Part shown: piece after piece, positions 1 to 7,927 of the stretch
Layout of the letters: every line of letters starts with the position of its first letter
Position numbering within the stretch: the stretch's first letter is position 1
Source of the DNA: a bacterium
GTDB lineage: Bacteria; Sysuimicrobiota; Sysuimicrobiia; Sysuimicrobiales; Humicultoraceae
NCBI GenBank assembly: GCA_041497675.1
Contig: JBGQGY010000046.1
Coordinates: 1-23,827 of the forward strand
DNA length: 23,827 nt
Reading direction: 5' to 3'
The notes under the pieces: generated by a model
The model's database searches: none
What the model saw: the letters and a program-made list of their open reading frames with translations, nothing else
What the model was told of the DNA's origin: nothing
Translations under genes and position numbers: made by a program

Positions 1-1
1 C

Positions 2-2041
2 GCGCTGTCCGGGATGGCGGCCATCGTCTATGAGGTTGCGTGGTCACGGCTGCTCGCCATGATCATGGGGTCGTCTGTGTATGCCTTCGGCACCCTGGTG
101 GTGGTCGTGCTCGCGGGGCTGGCCATTGGCAGCGGAATCTATGGGAGGCTGCGGATTGCGGCCCGCGGGCATCTCGCGGCGTTTGCCGTTCTCGAGACGT
201 GCATCGCCGCTACTGCCGCGGCATCGCTGCTCGTTGTCCCGCACCTACCCTTTGTGTACCAGCGACTCCTCCCCATCTTCAAAGATTCGTTTGCCTGGTG
301 GGTCGCCGTGCAAATCGGGCTCACCGGGCTGCTGGCCTTCGTTCCATCCGTACTGCTGGGCGCGACGTTCCCGGCCGTGGTGGGGAGTCTGGGGGGCGCG
401 CTCGCACGAGTGGGGCGCACGATCGGCGTGGCCTACGGCGCGAATACGGTCGGCACCGTGGCCGGCGCGTATCTCGCCGGGTTTGTGCTCATCCCGGCAC
501 TGGGTTTGCGGGCCACGGTCGTCATTGGGGTGCTGGCCAATCTGCTGGCCGGTCTCTCGGCGCTCGTCGTCATCGGGCGGTCGTGGCGTCTGCGCGCGCC
601 CGCGGTGCTCCCGGCGGCGGCGGCCCTGCTCATCATCGTCGCGCTTCCGTCCTGGCCCCGTGAAATCTTCGCGGCCGGCACGGGATTCTATGCGTCGTGG
701 TACGGGTCGGTTGAGGAGTTGGAAAAGGCCGTGGCCGAGATGCGGCTGCTCTACTATCGTGACGGGATCAACACCACGATCTCGGTCAACCGTGTGGGCG
801 ACTTTCGCGTGTATCGGTCGAACGGCAAGACCGACGCCTCGACCTATCCGACCGACATGGCCAATCAACTGTTGTTGGGCTATGTGCCGATGTTGCTCCA
901 CCCCGCGCCCCGCGACGTGTTCGTGTTGGGGCTGGGCACCGGCGTGACCGCGGCGGCGGTCGCGCGCTTTCCCGTGCGTCGCATCGACATCGGCGAACTC
1001 GAGCCGGCGGCGTTAGAGGCTGCGCGCTTCTTCGAAGCGCAGAATCGCGCGGTCTTGGACGACCCGCGCGTCCGGACGCTCATTGGCGACGGCCGGAATC
1101 GGCTGCTGGCCGCCCGCGATCAATACGACGTGGTCATCTCGGACCCGTCGGATGTCTGGGTCGCCGGCATGGCGACGCTGTTCACCCGCGAATTCTACGA
1201 GACGGTCCGGGCACGGCTGCGCCCCGGCGGTCTGATGGTCCAGTGGATCCACACGCATACCCTGGCGCCTCCCGAGTTTGCCCTGCTGCTGGCCACGTTC
1301 CGTTCCGTCTTCCCCCACATGAGCTTGTGGAGCCCTGGAGTCGGCGATCTCATCTTGATGGGTTCGGTCGATCCAGTGGGGTGGGAGTACGCGCGGCTGT
1401 CAACGCGGTTTGCCCAGACGCCGGGCGCGCGCGAGGACCTGCAGTCGGTTGGCATCTGGCACCCGGTGGCAGTCTTTGCGGCATTCGTGGCGGGGGAGGA
1501 GACTCTCGCCGCCTACACAGCGTCGGTGCGCCAGCTTCATCGTGATGACCGGCCGGTGCTCGAGTTCGTCACGCCTCGCTTTCTCTACGTCGACACGACC
1601 GCGGGGATCAACGACGCGCTGCAGACGCTCCGCTCCACCCCCATGCCACCGCTGGCAGGATTCGATCCGTCGCGCGACATGGACCCCGACGCGACGTACC
1701 TGCTGGGTTTTGCCTACGCCTCGCTCGGTCGCCCGGCGCTCGGCATACCCTACATGGAGCGCAGCATTCAGATGGCGCCGGGCCGGGCGGCTTTTCATGT
1801 CGGGCTCGCCAACCAGTATCGTGATGCCGGACGGCGCCGGGAGGCCGCGGCCGCCTACCAGCGGGCGATCGCCGTCGACCCGGGGCAGGTGGAGGCCCGC
1901 GTCGCCCTCGGCGAGTTGCGGCTCGAAGATGGGCAGGTGCGTGAGGCGCTCGATCTGGCCACCGCGGCGCTGCGGATCGATCCTGCCAATGAACGGGCGA
2001 AGACGCTGGCCACCCGAGCCCGCGAACGGCTTCCCCAGTAG
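2..2041 (+). CDS. Fused membrane (MFS-like) domain / spermidine synthase-like SAM-binding domain / C-terminal TPR protein, 5'-partial
   Basis: The frame is open from base 2 (ALSG-MAAIVYEVAWSR), so the true start is probably upstream of the window. About 215 aa of hydrophobic helices are followed by Rossmann motifs VLGLGTGVT, DIGELEP, IGDGR, DVVISDPSD and LRPGG, then TPR-like repeats (LGFAYASLG...AIAVDP...ALRIDP). Confidence 0.85.
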   Translation, partial: ALSGMAAIVYEVAWSRLLAMIMGSSVYAFGTLVVVVLAGLAIGSGIYGRLRIAARGHLAAFAVLETCIAATAAASLLVVPHLPFVYQRLLPIFKDSFAWWVAVQIGLTGLLAFVPSVLLGATFPAVVGSLGGALARVGRTIGVAYGANTVGTVAGAYLAGFVLIPALGLRATVVIGVLANLLAGLSALVVIGRSWRLRAPAVLPAAAALLIIVALPSWPREIFAAGTGFYASWYGSVEELEKAVAEMRLLYYRDGINTTISVNRVGDFRVYRSNGKTDASTYPTDMANQLLLGYVPMLLHPAPRDVFVLGLGTGVTAAAVARFPVRRIDIGELEPAALEAARFFEAQNRAVLDDPRVRTLIGDGRNRLLAARDQYDVVISDPSDVWVAGMATLFTREFYETVRARLRPGGLMVQWIHTHTLAPPEFALLLATFRSVFPHMSLWSPGVGDLILMGSVDPVGWEYARLSTRFAQTPGAREDLQSVGIWHPVAVFAAFVAGEETLAAYTASVRQLHRDDRPVLEFVTPRFLYVDTTAGINDALQTLRSTPMPPLAGFDPSRDMDPDATYLLGFAYASLGRPALGIPYMERSIQMAPGRAAFHVGLANQYRDAGRRREAAAAYQRAIAVDPGQVEARVALGELRLEDGQVREALDLATAALRIDPANERAKTLATRARERLPQ

Positions 2042-2045
2042 TGGC

Positions 2046-2072
2046 GCAGGAGAATCTTGCGCCCCCGCGAAC
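2046..2072 (+). promoter_or_regulatory. Putative SigH-like promoter (AGGA-N17-GAAC) upstream of the cobalamin riboswitch
   Basis: GCAGGAGAA at 2046-2054 and GCGAAC at 2067-2072. It overlaps a hairpin GGCGCAGGA-gaa-TCTTGCGCC (2043-2063). Confidence 0.4.
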
Positions 2073-2087
2073 TCCTCGGATAACTCC

Positions 2088-2272
2088 ATAGCACTGTGCG
2101 GGTGGATGCGGGGCGTTGTGTCGGCCCCGCGTCGCAATAGGGAAGTCCGGTGAAAATCCGGCGCGGTCCCGCCGCTGTAACGGTGAGCAGGTGCCCCCCG
2201 ATGGGGCAGGCCACTGGGTGTGAACCCGGGAAGGCCGGCAGCCTGCGATGATCCGAAGCCAGAAGACCTGCC
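2088..2272 (+). ncRNA. Cobalamin (B12) riboswitch
   Basis: Conserved elements: AATAGGGAA, CCGGTGAAAATCCGG, CCCGCCGCTGTAA, GCCACTG, GGGAAGG and the B12-box AGCCAGAAGACCTGCC. It lies directly upstream of a TonB-dependent receptor. The 5' boundary is approximate. Confidence 0.96.
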
Positions 2273-2315
2273 TGCACCGATGCCACACGCCTTCGAGGCT
2301 GAGGAGGTGGGCAGG

Positions 2316-4127
2316 ATGTTCCGCGCATTGTTTGCCACCGCGATGTTGTTGGTCGGTCTCGTCACCCCCGCTCAGGCGTCGGCGCAGGACCCACCGATAT
2401 TCGAGTTGCCCGACGTGACCTCGCCCGGGCGGCGGCCGCAAACGCGTACGGCGACGCCGGCGAGCGTGTCGGTCATCACCGCGGCCGAACTGGCGCGCCT
2501 CGGTGTGCGCACGGTGGGGGACGCGCTGCGGTTTCTCCCCGAGGTGACCGTGCGGGACTTCGGCGGTCTTGGAGCGGTTCAGGAAGTCAGCATCCGCGGG
2601 ACGAGCAGTCCCCACGTGCTCGTGCTGATCGACGGGGTGCCCGTCAATAGCCCGGCGCTCGGCATCGCGCAGTTGAACACGATCCCGGTGGACATCGTGG
2701 AACGCATCGAGGTCCTGCGCGGGCCCTTCTCTGCCATCTACGGGAGCGGCGCGCTCGGCGGCGTCATCAACGTTGTGACGCGTTCTCGGCCCGCGGGGGC
2801 ACGGGCGGGGGCCGGCGGCGCCGGTACGACCACGGGGAGCGTGCTGTGGAGCTGGCAGGGCGACCGCCTGCGGCTTTCGGCGGATGCGACCGGCGATGCC
2901 ACCGGGGGCTTCCGGCCAAACGGCGACTTCACCGGGCAGACGTACGGCGCGCGGTTGACGTTCACGCCGCGCGACGACCGCACCTTTAGCCTCGGCATCC
3001 GCCACTATCGTGCTGATCAGGGCGTCCCCGGGTCCACGGCATTCCCAAGCCCGCTGGCGCGGCAGGGCGCAGCCCGCACCGCGCTCGACGCCACGTGGAG
3101 GGTCACGGGCACGGGCGCGTCATCCGCCATGCTCCGCGGCTATTGGATCGATGAAACGATTCGTTTCAGCGATCCGGCGTTCGGCGAGCAGGACCGCACC
3201 GGCACATCCATTGTCGGCGCCGAAGGCCAGGTGGTGCGGCAGCGCGGGCCCGCGCGCGTTGCGACCGCAGGGTTTGAAATCCAGCGCCAGCAGATTGATG
3301 CCGTCTTTGATTCTTTCTTTGGGACGACACCGATCCAGCGTGAGGCGTGGGTCGGTGCGGTCTACGCGGTCAGTGATCGGGCCATCGGCGCCTCGACCCT
3401 GGCCTCTGCCGGGCTCCGGTACGACACCCACAGCGTCTACGGTAGCCAGATCAACCCACGGCTCGGGCTGTTGCATCGCTCCGACGACCGGACCGTCTGG
3501 CGTGTTGCGATCGGGAGTACGTTCCGGGGCCCAAGCTTCTTGTTATTGTACTTTCCTGGGTGCAGCAACCCTGATCTGCGTCCGGAGCGGGCCTGGTCGG
3601 CGGATGCCGGCGTCGAGCGGGCGCTTGGGCCGGGGGCGGTCGCCCGCGTTACGCTGTTTGCGACGCAGGCCACGGACCTGATCCGCTCCGGGTGCCCGCC
3701 GGTCAACATCGACACGGCGTCGATCCTCGGCGGGTCGGCGGAGCTGGAAGGCCGCCTCGGCAGCCGGACGCTCGCACGATTCAACGTCTCGTTTACCGAC
3801 GCGCGCGACGGAGCCGGCAGCCTGTTGATCCGCGTCCCCTCCGTGACGGCAGGCGGCGCGGTGCACTTCTCGATGACGGCGACCACAACGCTCAGCGTAG
3901 TGGCGACATACGTGGGTGCTCGGCCCGATCTCGATCTCTCGACGTTTCCTGCGACCCGCGTCACACTACCGGCGTACGTGCTGGCGGGCATCCGCTATAC
4001 TCAGACGCTTGGATCGGGTACGCTTCAACTGGGCGTGGACAATCTGTTCGAAACAGTCTATGAAGCCGTGAAGGGCTTTCCCTCGCCCGGCCGCACGGTT
4101 TTTGCCACGTATGCGGTAGGATTCTGA
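2316..4127 (+). CDS. btuB: TonB-dependent outer-membrane receptor, BtuB-like cobalamin transporter
   Basis: ATG at 2316 follows SD GAGGAGG; the longer ORF start at 2220 lies inside the riboswitch. Signal peptide ending AQASA, plug motifs (SVSVITAAEL, IRG...VLVLIDGVP, IERIEVLRGP-like, YGSGALGGVINVVT), NPDLRPE, DNLFE...PGRT and terminal Phe. B12 specificity is inferred from the riboswitch. Confidence 0.9.
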   Translation: MFRALFATAMLLVGLVTPAQASAQDPPIFELPDVTSPGRRPQTRTATPASVSVITAAELARLGVRTVGDALRFLPEVTVRDFGGLGAVQEVSIRGTSSPHVLVLIDGVPVNSPALGIAQLNTIPVDIVERIEVLRGPFSAIYGSGALGGVINVVTRSRPAGARAGAGGAGTTTGSVLWSWQGDRLRLSADATGDATGGFRPNGDFTGQTYGARLTFTPRDDRTFSLGIRHYRADQGVPGSTAFPSPLARQGAARTALDATWRVTGTGASSAMLRGYWIDETIRFSDPAFGEQDRTGTSIVGAEGQVVRQRGPARVATAGFEIQRQQIDAVFDSFFGTTPIQREAWVGAVYAVSDRAIGASTLASAGLRYDTHSVYGSQINPRLGLLHRSDDRTVWRVAIGSTFRGPSFLLLYFPGCSNPDLRPERAWSADAGVERALGPGAVARVTLFATQATDLIRSGCPPVNIDTASILGGSAELEGRLGSRTLARFNVSFTDARDGAGSLLIRVPSVTAGGAVHFSMTATTTLSVVATYVGARPDLDLSTFPATRVTLPAYVLAGIRYTQTLGSGTLQLGVDNLFETVYEAVKGFPSPGRTVFATYAVGF

Positions 4128-4876
4128 TGCCGGGGAAGCTGGCGACCGGCGGTCTCGCCCTGATCATCGCGGCGGCGGTCGCGGTGGCCCTCGCGGGGCG
4201 ACTTCCACCCCGGCGGATACCCGATCGTGAGGGCGCCCTGAGGCCCTCGCCTCAAGAAGCGCCCCAAGTCTCGTCGCCCTCGGCTTCGGAAGAGAGCGGG
4301 ACCCCCGCTGTCGGCGTCGCGGGCGCGCCCTCTCAACCTCGTCCGCCCAGGCGCCCGACTCGGCGGTCTGTGACGGTCCCGCAGGTCTCTCCCCGGCTCA
4401 GTCCGGCCCAGACCCAGCCGGCCGGGCCGATGGTAGTCCCGGAGCCCGCGCCGGCGGTCGCTCCGGCTCCGGCGCCGCCTGAAGAGCAGCAGGTCCCGGC
4501 GCCCGCAGACACCGGCGTGTCGGCGGATCCCGGGCCACCCCCTGCCCGGGCAGTCGAGCCCGTTCTCAGCCCGCCGGTACCCCTGGCCTTGACGCCTCCC
4601 CGTCATCCGGTGCCCTATCAGATGGTGGTCGACGCGCCGGGTATTGCGGCCGCTGCCCGGCTCAAGGGCGTCGAGGCGCGTGTACGCCTGCGTCTCCTTG
4701 TCCGCTCGGACGGCGCGGTGGGCCGGGCGGAGGTCGCGGTGCCTTCGAGCCGCCCCGAACTCGATGCCGCGGCCCTGGGCGCCGCCATGAGCTGGCGCTT
4801 CCTGCCGGCCCGGCGCGACGGTGAGCCCATCGACAGCGTCGTGCTGATTTGGGTGGCGTTTGTCTCCTCCCCATGA
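4127..4876 (+). CDS. tonB: Energy transducer TonB
   Basis: N-terminal TM helix, long Pro-rich linker and TonB C-terminal domain (GVEARVRLRLLVRSDG...SSRPELDAAALGAAMSWRFLPARRDG). TGATG overlap with the receptor. Confidence 0.88.
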   Translation: MPGKLATGGLALIIAAAVAVALAGRLPPRRIPDREGALRPSPQEAPQVSSPSASEESGTPAVGVAGAPSQPRPPRRPTRRSVTVPQVSPRLSPAQTQPAGPMVVPEPAPAVAPAPAPPEEQQVPAPADTGVSADPGPPPARAVEPVLSPPVPLALTPPRHPVPYQMVVDAPGIAAAARLKGVEARVRLRLLVRSDGAVGRAEVAVPSSRPELDAAALGAAMSWRFLPARRDGEPIDSVVLIWVAFVSSP

Positions 4877-5316
4877 CCGGACAGCCACATCGGACGGTGC
4901 TGGCCATCGACCCTGGGCGGAGCAAGTGCGGCGTCGCCGTCTGCGAGCCTGGTCGCGTGCTGTCGCGCGCGGTCATCCCCCTCGACTCGCTACCGGTGTA
5001 CGTGGCGGCCTGCCGGGCTACACATGACATCGCGGAGGTTGTGATTGGGAACCGCACCGGGGCCACGCAGGTCGAGCGGCTGTTGGCCGCCACGGGAGCG
5101 GGTCCGTTGCGCCTCGTCGACGAGGCAGGGACGACGCTGCGGGCTCGGGAACGATACTTTAAGGATCATCCTCCCAAAGGGTGGCGCCGGCTCGTCCCGC
5201 GGGGCCTGCTGACCCCCTCGGAGCCGTACGATGACTACGCGGCCGTCCTTCTGGCTGAGGCCGCCCTGGCCGGGGAGGGCCAGAAGGAGTCTCGTGACCC
5301 CCGTCGAAGGGAATAG
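4873..5316 (+). CDS. YqgF/RuvX-like RNase H-fold nuclease (resolvase-like)
   Basis: ATGA overlap with tonB. Motifs VLAIDPGRSKCGVAV, VVIGNRTG, VDEAGTT and PYDDYAAVLLA match the YqgFc RNase H-fold pattern. Confidence 0.8.
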   Translation: MTGQPHRTVLAIDPGRSKCGVAVCEPGRVLSRAVIPLDSLPVYVAACRATHDIAEVVIGNRTGATQVERLLAATGAGPLRLVDEAGTTLRARERYFKDHPPKGWRRLVPRGLLTPSEPYDDYAAVLLAEAALAGEGQKESRDPRRRE

Positions 5317-5350
5317 TTGGTTGTGCCAGAAGCCGCCCGGTGCCGGAGCC

Positions 5351-5379
5351 TTGCACCAAGGGGGGCGGAGTGGTAGGCT
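5351..5379 (+). promoter_or_regulatory. Sigma70-type promoter with extended -10, upstream of the SLH protein gene
   Basis: TTGCAC (5351-5356), 17-nt spacer ending TGG, TAGGCT (5374-5379). A second -10-like TATAGT lies at 5464-5469. Confidence 0.55.
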
Positions 5380-5686
5380 GTGGCATTGTTGGGGACAGCC
5401 GCTCCGCACGACTCTCAGGGTTCCAGCAAAACGGCAACTGGCGATGATGATCATCGACCGAGGTATAGTTGTGTGCTTGACAAGCGTACCGCGCCGCCGG
5501 GGCTGAAGAGGCCTCGCGGTCACCACCCAGAAAATGGAGGGATGATGGACACGGGGTGGGATCGACGGTGAGCGGGACGATGGGCCGAACGGCACGCGAG
5601 GCGGAGGAAGAGGAAACTCGAACACTCGCTCCCCCGCTGCGGACCGGGAAGCCTACCACATACCCAGAAGGGGGAAGACACCAACG

Positions 5687-7501
5687 ATGAAACAGATTGC
5701 TGTTGTTCTCGCAGCCATTCTGTCACTCGCGCTGGTTGCTCCTGCCCTGGCCCAGCCCTTCGCGGACGTGCCCACCGATCATTGGGCCTACGACGCGATC
5801 GCGGAACTGGCAGCCAAGGGCCTCATCGAGGGTTATCCCGATGGGGCGTTCCGGGGCGACCGCGCTATGACACGGTATGAGATGGCCATGGTCGTCGCGC
5901 GCTTGCTCGCGCGGATCGAGGCCATCAAGATCCCACCGTTGCCCGCCGACCTCGTGCGGACTCCGGCTTTGAACGCGGCGAACGCTGCCAACCTGGCGGC
6001 TATTCGCGCAGTTGACCAGCGGCTCACCGCCAAGCTGGCCACGATTCAGCGGCTCGTCGCTGAGTTCCGGGCCGAGCTGGCGGCCCTCGGCGTGCGGGTC
6101 ACCGCCGTCGAGGAAGAGCTGGCAGCCATCCGGGCGCGGTTGGACAACACCCGCGTGACCGGTGACTTCCGCAACCGCTACAACGTGTACCCGCAGGGCA
6201 GCGTCAGCGGCAGCGGCACGAGCCGCGCGCCCGACGTGCGCCTCCGCATGCGCGTGCAGTTCAGCGGGAAGGCGGGCCAAAACGTTGAGGGTGTCGTCCG
6301 GCTGTGGGCCGACAACAGCGGGGCATGTGAAGGTGCCGTGGGCACGACCCCCGCAGGCGTGGCGGCGTTCTGTGGCAACACCGACCAGCGCATGGGCAAC
6401 AACTACAACCTGAGCGTCGTGACCTACGACTTCGCGTATCTCGACATCCGGAACACCTTCGGCGCGCAGCTGTGGCGCGTGGGCCGGCAGTACTACACGC
6501 TGTCGCCCAACGGCCCGCTCGGTCTCGGGTTGGTCTACGACCCGCCGAACAGCATCGCGGACGGCTTCACCTTCGTCAACGGCCTGGTCCTTGGTGGTAT
6601 CACGCTCGGTGTGAGCGATGGTATCCGCTCTGACTGGGCACTCGGTCCGCTGAACATCACGGCGGCCGTGTTTCGCGATGCGCTCCTTGACGCGGGAGTC
6701 GGCAGCACTGGGGCAGGTCTGACGACCGGTCTCGGCGGCGGCCCGGCGATCGACCATCGCATTCTGAGCGCGTCGACCGGGGCGTTGATTCCGGGTTGGA
6801 CGCTGGGCGGTCACTACTACCAGGCCTGGCAGCACCCGGTCTGTCCCGCAACGACCGTTCCTGGCACCACCTTCAACAACTGCTCGGGCGGTTCTTCGTT
6901 TGGCCTGAACCTGACGGGCACCCTGATCCCGGGCGTCATGATCTACCTCGACTACGCGACGTGGGCGAGCATCCCGACTCCGGGCGCGGCGGCTCTCACG
7001 GGCGCCAACGCGTGGCGCGTGGGCGGCAACCTCAATCTCGGCCAGCTGGTCGGTATGACCCAGTGGAACCCGAACCTGGACTGGGCGTATCAGAGCTACG
7101 GCCCGCTGCCGGTCGGCGCAATCCCGCCCGCGTACTCGTACGCAACGACCATCACCGGTCAGGCCTTCAACTGGAACATGCGGGGCTGGATGTTTAGGCT
7201 GAACCTGACGTTCAACCCGCGCGCGACGGCCTGGGCCATCTACGAGACCGGTCAGGTCCTGTGCCAGACTCCTCAGGCTTCTCCGCCGGCGCCAGTGCCG
7301 GGGGCGGCGATCGGCGGTTGCGGCGCGACAGCCAGCTACACTGAGTTCTGGCTGCGCTTCGTCTACAACATCGCCCCGCGCACCAACGTTGCCCTCAACT
7401 GGTACAAGGGCAACACGGCGCTCACCGTGCCGGGTGTCAACGCGGCATTCGGCGGCGACTTCTTCAACTTCTATCGGGCTGAGCTGCTCTACTCCTGGTA
7501 A
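5687..7501 (+). CDS. SLH-domain outer-membrane protein (OmpM-type: signal peptide, SLH, coiled coil, putative beta-barrel)
   Basis: Signal peptide ending ALA; SLH motif PFADVPTDHWAYDAIAELAAKGLIEGYPDGAFRGDRAMTRYEMA; coiled coil LVAEFRAELAALGVRVTAVEEEL; GDFRNRY barrel entry; amphipathic strands; C-terminal aromatic signal (ELLYSW). Confidence 0.88.
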   Translation: MKQIAVVLAAILSLALVAPALAQPFADVPTDHWAYDAIAELAAKGLIEGYPDGAFRGDRAMTRYEMAMVVARLLARIEAIKIPPLPADLVRTPALNAANAANLAAIRAVDQRLTAKLATIQRLVAEFRAELAALGVRVTAVEEELAAIRARLDNTRVTGDFRNRYNVYPQGSVSGSGTSRAPDVRLRMRVQFSGKAGQNVEGVVRLWADNSGACEGAVGTTPAGVAAFCGNTDQRMGNNYNLSVVTYDFAYLDIRNTFGAQLWRVGRQYYTLSPNGPLGLGLVYDPPNSIADGFTFVNGLVLGGITLGVSDGIRSDWALGPLNITAAVFRDALLDAGVGSTGAGLTTGLGGGPAIDHRILSASTGALIPGWTLGGHYYQAWQHPVCPATTVPGTTFNNCSGGSSFGLNLTGTLIPGVMIYLDYATWASIPTPGAAALTGANAWRVGGNLNLGQLVGMTQWNPNLDWAYQSYGPLPVGAIPPAYSYATTITGQAFNWNMRGWMFRLNLTFNPRATAWAIYETGQVLCQTPQASPPAPVPGAAIGGCGATASYTEFWLRFVYNIAPRTNVALNWYKGNTALTVPGVNAAFGGDFFNFYRAELLYSW

Positions 7502-7523
7502 CAGGTTGGCAGCTCCAATCGGC

Positions 7524-7563
7524 GCCCCTCGGGGAGGAATTCTCCCCGAGGGGCTTTTACTTT
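7524..7563 (+). terminator. Rho-independent terminator
   Basis: Perfect 13-bp stem GCCCCTCGGGGAG/CTCCCCGAGGGGC followed by TTTTACTTT. Confidence 0.92.
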
Positions 7564-7611
7564 CGTCCCGTCTACCCATCGTGTAGAATGACTTCTGGCA
7601 GGTGATGACAG

Positions 7612-7890
7612 ATGGTGAAGGTCCTTGCAATGGTCCTACTGCTCGCCGTGGCGCAGCTCATCCCCTCGTGCGGAGACAAGGGTGACGACCAGGCGAGTAG
7701 CGACAGACCGCAGGTCATTGGTTGGGTGGCTGAGAAGCGCACCAAGATCCAGCAGATGCTGCCGAACCTCATCGTGATCAATCAGGTCGAGTACGGCGTG
7801 CCCTACGAGTTCTGGCTGCAGGTGGGCGTCGGCGATCTCGTCAAATTCGACGGGACGAAGTGGACGGTCGTGCGCAAAGCCAGGTCATAG
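7612..7890 (+). CDS. Small hypothetical protein, putative lipoprotein
   Basis: SD-like AGGTGA and a -10-like TAGAAT at 7584-7589. Hydrophobic leader ending LIPS-C20-GDKG. Typical GC3-rich codons. Confidence 0.7.
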   Translation: MVKVLAMVLLLAVAQLIPSCGDKGDDQASSDRPQVIGWVAEKRTKIQQMLPNLIVINQVEYGVPYEFWLQVGVGDLVKFDGTKWTVVRKARS

Positions 7891-7927
7891 GGCTATCCGC
7901 GCGACGGCGCACCCCGCCTCTATCACC

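Noticed and set aside
2220..2315. N-terminal extension of the TonB-dependent receptor ORF
   Set aside because: It lies within the riboswitch; the SD and signal peptide point to ATG 2316.
4200..4620. Low-complexity Pro/Ala-rich tract
   Set aside because: Normal TonB periplasmic linker, not a DNA repeat.
5477..5482. Perfect TTGACA -35 hexamer
   Set aside because: No -10 element at 16-18 nt downstream.
5723..7630. 635-aa antisense ORF, and similar long minus-strand ORFs (1608-3005, 13103-14212, 18180-19523, 21072-22400)
   Set aside because: Shadow frames of GC3-biased sense genes, with no recognisable motifs.
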